A stretch of 64,000 nucleotides of DNA from a bacterium UBP13_UBA5359 (GTDB lineage Bacteria; UBP13; UBA5359). A program made the translations under genes and the position numbers. Where the stretch lies: NCBI GenBank assembly GCA_002410925.1, contig DHPR01000012.1:146643-210642 (forward strand), in the 5' to 3' direction. A model generated the notes under the pieces. It saw only the letters and a list, made by a program, of their open reading frames with translations. It did not search any database and was not told where the DNA came from. This document shows positions 59,812-64,000 of the stretch, in pieces (positions within the stretch are counted from its first letter, which is position 1; the number at the start of each line of letters is the position of its first letter).

Positions 59812-60834
59812 TTAGTATTGGCCATGTCTGGTTTCAAAATGCGTCGGCTTTCTCCATCTGGCTCCATCCTGCATTATCCAGTCTGCCGTCCAGCTTATCA
59901 ATTGATGGATGCTTACCCTGGGATAGCCGAACAGGCTGTGACTGAGCTGGCTGTTGCTCAGAATGCCATCAGGTGCTTCTATTCCGGTGAAAGCGACCTC
60001 TTTATTCATAAGCTGTCCAAATTGCTCGGCCACCCGGCGGATACTTAGCACTTCAGGGCCGGTGATATTGATGATGAAGGGTGGAGATGAAACATAATTA
60101 AACGTCCTCAGAATCATATCGCTGGCATCGCCCTGAAAGATAACGTTGACGTTGCCCATGAAGAGATCAATGGCTTCTCCCTTTATCACCTTTTCGGCTA
60201 TATCTACCAAAACACCATAGCGTAACTCGGCGGCATAATTCAGGCGGTTGATGGCCACGAGTAAGCCTGATGTCCGGCTGAAGTGCTCAAATATTCTCTC
60301 TCGGCCCAGAGCGCTGACAGCGTACTCCCCTATGGGGTTGGGAACATCCCTTTCCACGGCTCCGCCATAGACCAGCGGGGTTAGTCCATAAATATTGCCG
60401 GTGGAGAAGATTACGATGCGGCTGCGATTATATTTTTGACAGACCTCTCCGGGCAAATAGCTATTCAGTGCCCAGGTTAGAGACTGGTTTTCAGCCGAAC
60501 CGAACTTCATCCCGGCCATAAAGATGACATTTGGAGCATCGGGCAGGGCTTCGAGCTCTCTTCTATCCAGAAGATTACAACGAATGGTCTCTATGCCGGC
60601 TGATTGGAGCTTTGCCTTCAGGCTGTCGTCAGTAAACCGGGAAACACCGATTACTCTGCGCTCTTTTCCGGCCGCTTCTGTAGCTCGCTTAGCCATTCGG
60701 GCCAAACTCGGGCCCATCTTGCCGCCGACACCCAAGAGGATGATATCACCTTCCAGTGCGGCCATGGTCTTTATTAAGTCCTCTGAAGGCCGGCTCAACA
60801 GCTCTTCCAGTTCTTCTATATTGGTAATGGGCAT
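59812..60834 (-). CDS. NAD-dependent epimerase/dehydratase (extended SDR-like)
   Basis: GVGGKMG, STGNIY, Y-x-x-S-x-LGRE, RLNYA; ATG 60834 follows AAGGAG (the track's 5' extension is spurious). Confidence 0.85.
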   Translation of the reverse strand: MPITNIEELEELLSRPSEDLIKTMAALEGDIILLGVGGKMGPSLARMAKRATEAAGKERRVIGVSRFTDDSLKAKLQSAGIETIRCNLLDRRELEALPDAPNVIFMAGMKFGSAENQSLTWALNSYLPGEVCQKYNRSRIVIFSTGNIYGLTPLVYGGAVERDVPNPIGEYAVSALGRERIFEHFSRTSGLLVAINRLNYAAELRYGVLVDIAEKVIKGEAIDLFMGNVNVIFQGDASDMILRTFNYVSSPPFIINITGPEVLSIRRVAEQFGQLMNKEVAFTGIEAPDGILSNSQLSHSLFGYPRVSIHQLISWTADWIMQDGARWRKPTHFETRHGQY

Positions 60835-62441
60835 CCTGATAATTCTCCTTCTCTCAATATTTTGGCAAAGTTGCCTCCCAACACCTCTTTCTTCTCTGCC
60901 AAAGAGAGCCGGGTATAGACGCACCAGCCTAGCTGCGGTCTGGGGTCTCGCATAGGCGCATCGCTGCCGAACAACACCCTGCCGGCGCCTATAGTATGGC
61001 AAAGCCATTCTATCAGGCCATTGGGAACGCCTGTATATGTCAGTTCAGCCATGATATTGGAGTGAGCTTGAACTGCCGCTGCCGCCTCCCTGGCAAAGGT
61101 CCAAGACTGTCCGGTATGGGCGATGATGAAGGTAGCCTCAGGATAACGCTCTGCCAGCTCTTTCACTGCCTGGAGGCCGCCGGCAGCAGGGGCCACATGA
61201 AGCAGGCCGTAAAGTCTGTGCCGGTTGCAGAAATCCCAGTAGGGTTCATACAGGGGATCGGCATAGGACAAATTATTGGTATAATACGGCTTCAGACCGC
61301 GAAAGCCTCTCCTTTGATGCAGATGCCGACAGCTTTCTTCTATTTCTGCCGCTGTCTGATGGGTGGGATCGCAACTCGATACGCCGATTATTTCTTCCGG
61401 ATATCTTTGAACGAGCTCTTCGATCAGCATATTCCCATCCACTACATCCATGCTCACGGTTCCATTCCATGACATCATAGCGGCAGCCGTCACTCCCATG
61501 CGGCGATTAAGTTCCAACATATGCTCAGCATCTCCGCCCGGCATGGAATAAGCTACACCGGCGCCGTTCAGCCCGTCGTGGAGAACATGGCTGTGCGCAT
61601 CCAGCACGGCCACGGATAAAGGCCTGCCGCTGCGGGCACACCGAACGATTTCATCCGCCTCTTCGCTAAGCCGGGGTACACCTGACGGCCCTTGACCAAG
61701 CAGGCTTTTCAGGCTGCCGCCGGCAAAGGCGGAGATCTCTTTCTCCGGCAGCAGAGCCCAGTCCACATAACCCCGGGCTGCTCCAGCAGAGCGCTTCAGC
61801 AGGCCGGAGCCGAACAACAGCCGCTTTATACCGTATCTTTGACTGAACCATTCCAGAGCTCTATTGCCCTGAAAATTATGCAGTTCCATGTGAGCATTGG
61901 AACAGGCATCCATAATGGCCGTCATCAGATGCCATTGCGCCCAATGGGACTCGGCGATAAGAACCGGGCAGCGGCTGAATATGCGGCAAAAATCCACCGC
62001 CGACTGATAGTTGGCGCCCAGATCGGTTAAAGTTACTGTTATCAAGCATTGGCAGCGATTCAGCTCCTCTGCCAGCGGCCCGAGCACGTCTGCATGAATA
62101 GGATAAGCGTTTCTGGCCGGCTGAAGATGAACGGCACGAATATCTTCCTGCTTCATCAGATTGATAATACACCGAGGCTCAGGGAAATCACCATATTGGT
62201 GCGGAAGAAGAGTCCAGCATGGGTACAGGCGGTCGCGGTACGGAGCTATCTCTTTCGTTAATCTGTCATTGCAATACATGGCATCGTAATAGATACTCTG
62301 TTCGTGCCGGACCAGTGCCCGGGCTATACCGTAAAACTCCATATCCTCCAGCAGATGGTCCAACCGCCAGCGTTCGGCCTCATCTTTACCGGGGTGAGGA
62401 CCGTAGGATGTCCAGCAATCGAATATCAACGGATCGGGCAT
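60816..62441 (-). CDS. Tandem amidohydrolase-2 fusion protein
   Basis: Two TIM-barrel repeats; the C-terminal copy has DAHSH, LLH, AH and FGSD, while the N-terminal copy has DCWTS and FGSG. Confidence 0.82.
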   Translation of the reverse strand: MPDPLIFDCWTSYGPHPGKDEAERWRLDHLLEDMEFYGIARALVRHEQSIYYDAMYCNDRLTKEIAPYRDRLYPCWTLLPHQYGDFPEPRCIINLMKQEDIRAVHLQPARNAYPIHADVLGPLAEELNRCQCLITVTLTDLGANYQSAVDFCRIFSRCPVLIAESHWAQWHLMTAIMDACSNAHMELHNFQGNRALEWFSQRYGIKRLLFGSGLLKRSAGAARGYVDWALLPEKEISAFAGGSLKSLLGQGPSGVPRLSEEADEIVRCARSGRPLSVAVLDAHSHVLHDGLNGAGVAYSMPGGDAEHMLELNRRMGVTAAAMMSWNGTVSMDVVDGNMLIEELVQRYPEEIIGVSSCDPTHQTAAEIEESCRHLHQRRGFRGLKPYYTNNLSYADPLYEPYWDFCNRHRLYGLLHVAPAAGGLQAVKELAERYPEATFIIAHTGQSWTFAREAAAAVQAHSNIMAELTYTGVPNGLIEWLCHTIGAGRVLFGSDAPMRDPRPQLGWCVYTRLSLAEKKEVLGGNFAKILREGELSGCPLPI

Positions 62442-62502
62442 AAATGGTACCTCCTTCAACATGAAATAGCTGCTTTATCCTACCCTTTGCTGTCTGCACT
62501 AT

Positions 62503-63750
62503 TTACTTGCAGCCGTTCATGAACCATCGGGCAACACGATAGATTGCTTCTGCTGTTTCCTCCAGGTCGATATCGGTAAAGGCTTCGCTGACAGGCAAAA
62601 CCACTCCTGTTTCCAGCACTTCTTCTGCTATCGGACACAACCCGGCATGATAATCGTATCGTTCATAGGGATGCCCGCCCCGCTCAAAGGCACTGTGCCT
62701 GGTGAAGACGAGATACTCATAGACACAGCGCCCTATATAATGAGGTGTGGCTCTTAGACCCTCGGCTTTAAGGGCTGCGGCATACTCATCGGCATCGCAT
62801 CCCAGCACCCTGGGCTTGATACGCAGCATGTAAAACCACCAAGTAGGATCACAACCGGAAGCAGGCTTAGGGAGTGTTATCCCTTCCAAATCCTGCAGCC
62901 TGCTGCTCAGCTCTCTGCCCCACCAACGACGCCGCTCTACTATTCCGGCAAGTTTATCCAGCTGAGCCGATGCCACAGCGGCTTGAAGTTCAGTCATGCG
63001 GTAGTTGTTGGCCAGAAAAGAGGGATCACGAAAAGCAACGCCGGGCTCACGGTCATAACATTTATCCGTAGCCAGCCTCAAACGCCTGGCTATTCCCTCA
63101 TCACTGGTAACAGCCACTCCTCCCTCGCCGCAGGAGATATGTTTGAATTCATTGAGACTGAAGCAGCCGATGTCGCCGACAGAACCGACAAAAGCTCCCT
63201 TGTAAGTACACCCCCATGCTTGAGCACAATCTTCAATAAGGTAGAGGTTATGACGAAGGCATATATCTTTCAAGGCCGTTAAATCGCAGGCGTTGCCCCA
63301 CAGATGAATCGCCAGCACTGCCCGAGTCCTCTCCGTGATATGTTCCTCAACCGACTGCGGCGACAGTGTGTATGAGTGTGGGCAAACATCCGCAAAGACG
63401 GGAACGGCGCCCTGATATAGAATAGGTATCAGTGACCCCATATCGGTAATGGGGGCGGTGATAATTTCATCACCGGGAGAAATTCCCAGCGCTATCATAG
63501 CAGCATGAATACTTGCCGTGCCACTGCTGGCTGCTACAGCGTATTCAGCACCGGTCAATCCGGCAATCCTTCGCTCCATCTCTTTGACTTTATTGCCGGA
63601 AGCATAGAACAACACTCCCTTATCGATTGCTTCCTTCAGTTGCTTTGACTCTTCTTCTCCATAGCGGATCTGCGAACCGTAAGGTACCGTCTTAGCCGGC
63701 TTTCCACCTGCAATAGCAGGTAATTCTTGAGAAGTCTTCTTCACCTTCAT
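62503..63750 (-). CDS. DegT/DnrJ/EryC1/StrS-family PLP aminotransferase
   Basis: SSGTASIH, EDCAQ, FSLNEFKHISCGEGG, NYRMTELQAA. Confidence 0.93.
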   Translation of the reverse strand: MKVKKTSQELPAIAGGKPAKTVPYGSQIRYGEEESKQLKEAIDKGVLFYASGNKVKEMERRIAGLTGAEYAVAASSGTASIHAAMIALGISPGDEIITAPITDMGSLIPILYQGAVPVFADVCPHSYTLSPQSVEEHITERTRAVLAIHLWGNACDLTALKDICLRHNLYLIEDCAQAWGCTYKGAFVGSVGDIGCFSLNEFKHISCGEGGVAVTSDEGIARRLRLATDKCYDREPGVAFRDPSFLANNYRMTELQAAVASAQLDKLAGIVERRRWWGRELSSRLQDLEGITLPKPASGCDPTWWFYMLRIKPRVLGCDADEYAAALKAEGLRATPHYIGRCVYEYLVFTRHSAFERGGHPYERYDYHAGLCPIAEEVLETGVVLPVSEAFTDIDLEETAEAIYRVARWFMNGCK

Positions 63751-63896
63751 ACCTCCGCCACGTTGGTAGATCCCCGGTAAAAAAATAGAAAGAGATCTGT
63801 TTCTTTACCAAGGAAAAACCAAACTAATACTATTACTTACAATTACCTTAACTTTATTATTATGTGATTAAAATGGATAAATTTAAGATCGATGGA

Positions 63897-64000
63897 TTAT
63901 TTTGATATCTGCTTCAACGCATTCCTGTAATGCAAAGGAGAGAGCCCTTCCAGCTTTTTAAAAATACGGCTGAAATAGTAGGTATCCTCAAAACCGACTC
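63897..64000 (-). CDS. C-terminal fragment of an AraC-family regulator (runs off the window)
   Basis: Hand translation VGFEDTYYFSRIFKKLEGLSPLHYRNALKQISK-stop. Confidence 0.88.
   Translation of the reverse strand, partial: VGFEDTYYFSRIFKKLEGLSPLHYRNALKQISK

Noticed and set aside
63755-63896. AT-rich leader of degT with a weak GGTAAAGAAA/TTTTTTTACC hairpin
   Set aside because: Weak, mostly A-U pairing and no riboswitch consensus; probably just a promoter/AraC-binding region

Overview
A 64-kb bacterial chromosomal window, mostly minus-strand genes. I found no rRNA, tRNA, CRISPR array or recognisable mobile element by eye. The left half (1-32.6 kb) is mainly housekeeping: a SorC-regulated acetoin/2-oxoacid-dehydrogenase-like E1a/E1b/E2 cluster; enterobacterial-type ilvBN with an unannotated Val-rich leader peptide and attenuator; serC; a stand-alone homocysteine S-methyltransferase; a peroxiredoxin; a cobalamin-riboswitch-controlled tonB-btuFCD-like operon; a DRE-TIM synthase, aspartate aminotransferase and accB; CIRCE-groESL; a Glu/Leu dehydrogenase; two orphan sugar ABC permeases; and DUF1015. 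The right half (33-64 kb) is a carbohydrate-catabolic island. Two DUF1559/H-X9-DG prepilin-like genes each lead a run of large, signal-peptide-bearing, divergent glycoside-hydrolase-like genes (GH123/DUF6067-like, GH89-like). These are joined by a sugar-binding lipoprotein, a LamG-PHP-like protein, alkaline phosphatase, a URO-D-like protein, an FAD oxidoreductase and two GntR-LacI regulators. Next comes an uncharacterised DegT / tandem amidohydrolase / epimerase / DapA-like operon downstream of an AraC gene. The best candidate for an undescribed system is the pilin-headed glycan utilisation locus. Other non-obvious signals are a promoter-bearing ~155-nt rod-shaped putative ncRNA at 32.7 kb, recurring SigH-like and SigB-like promoters, an LsrR-box-like operator and a probably leaderless regulator. 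CIRCE, SepF, TonB and DUF1559 pilins together suggest a diderm Terrabacteria lineage (inference only). All family calls come from motif recognition, not database searches.
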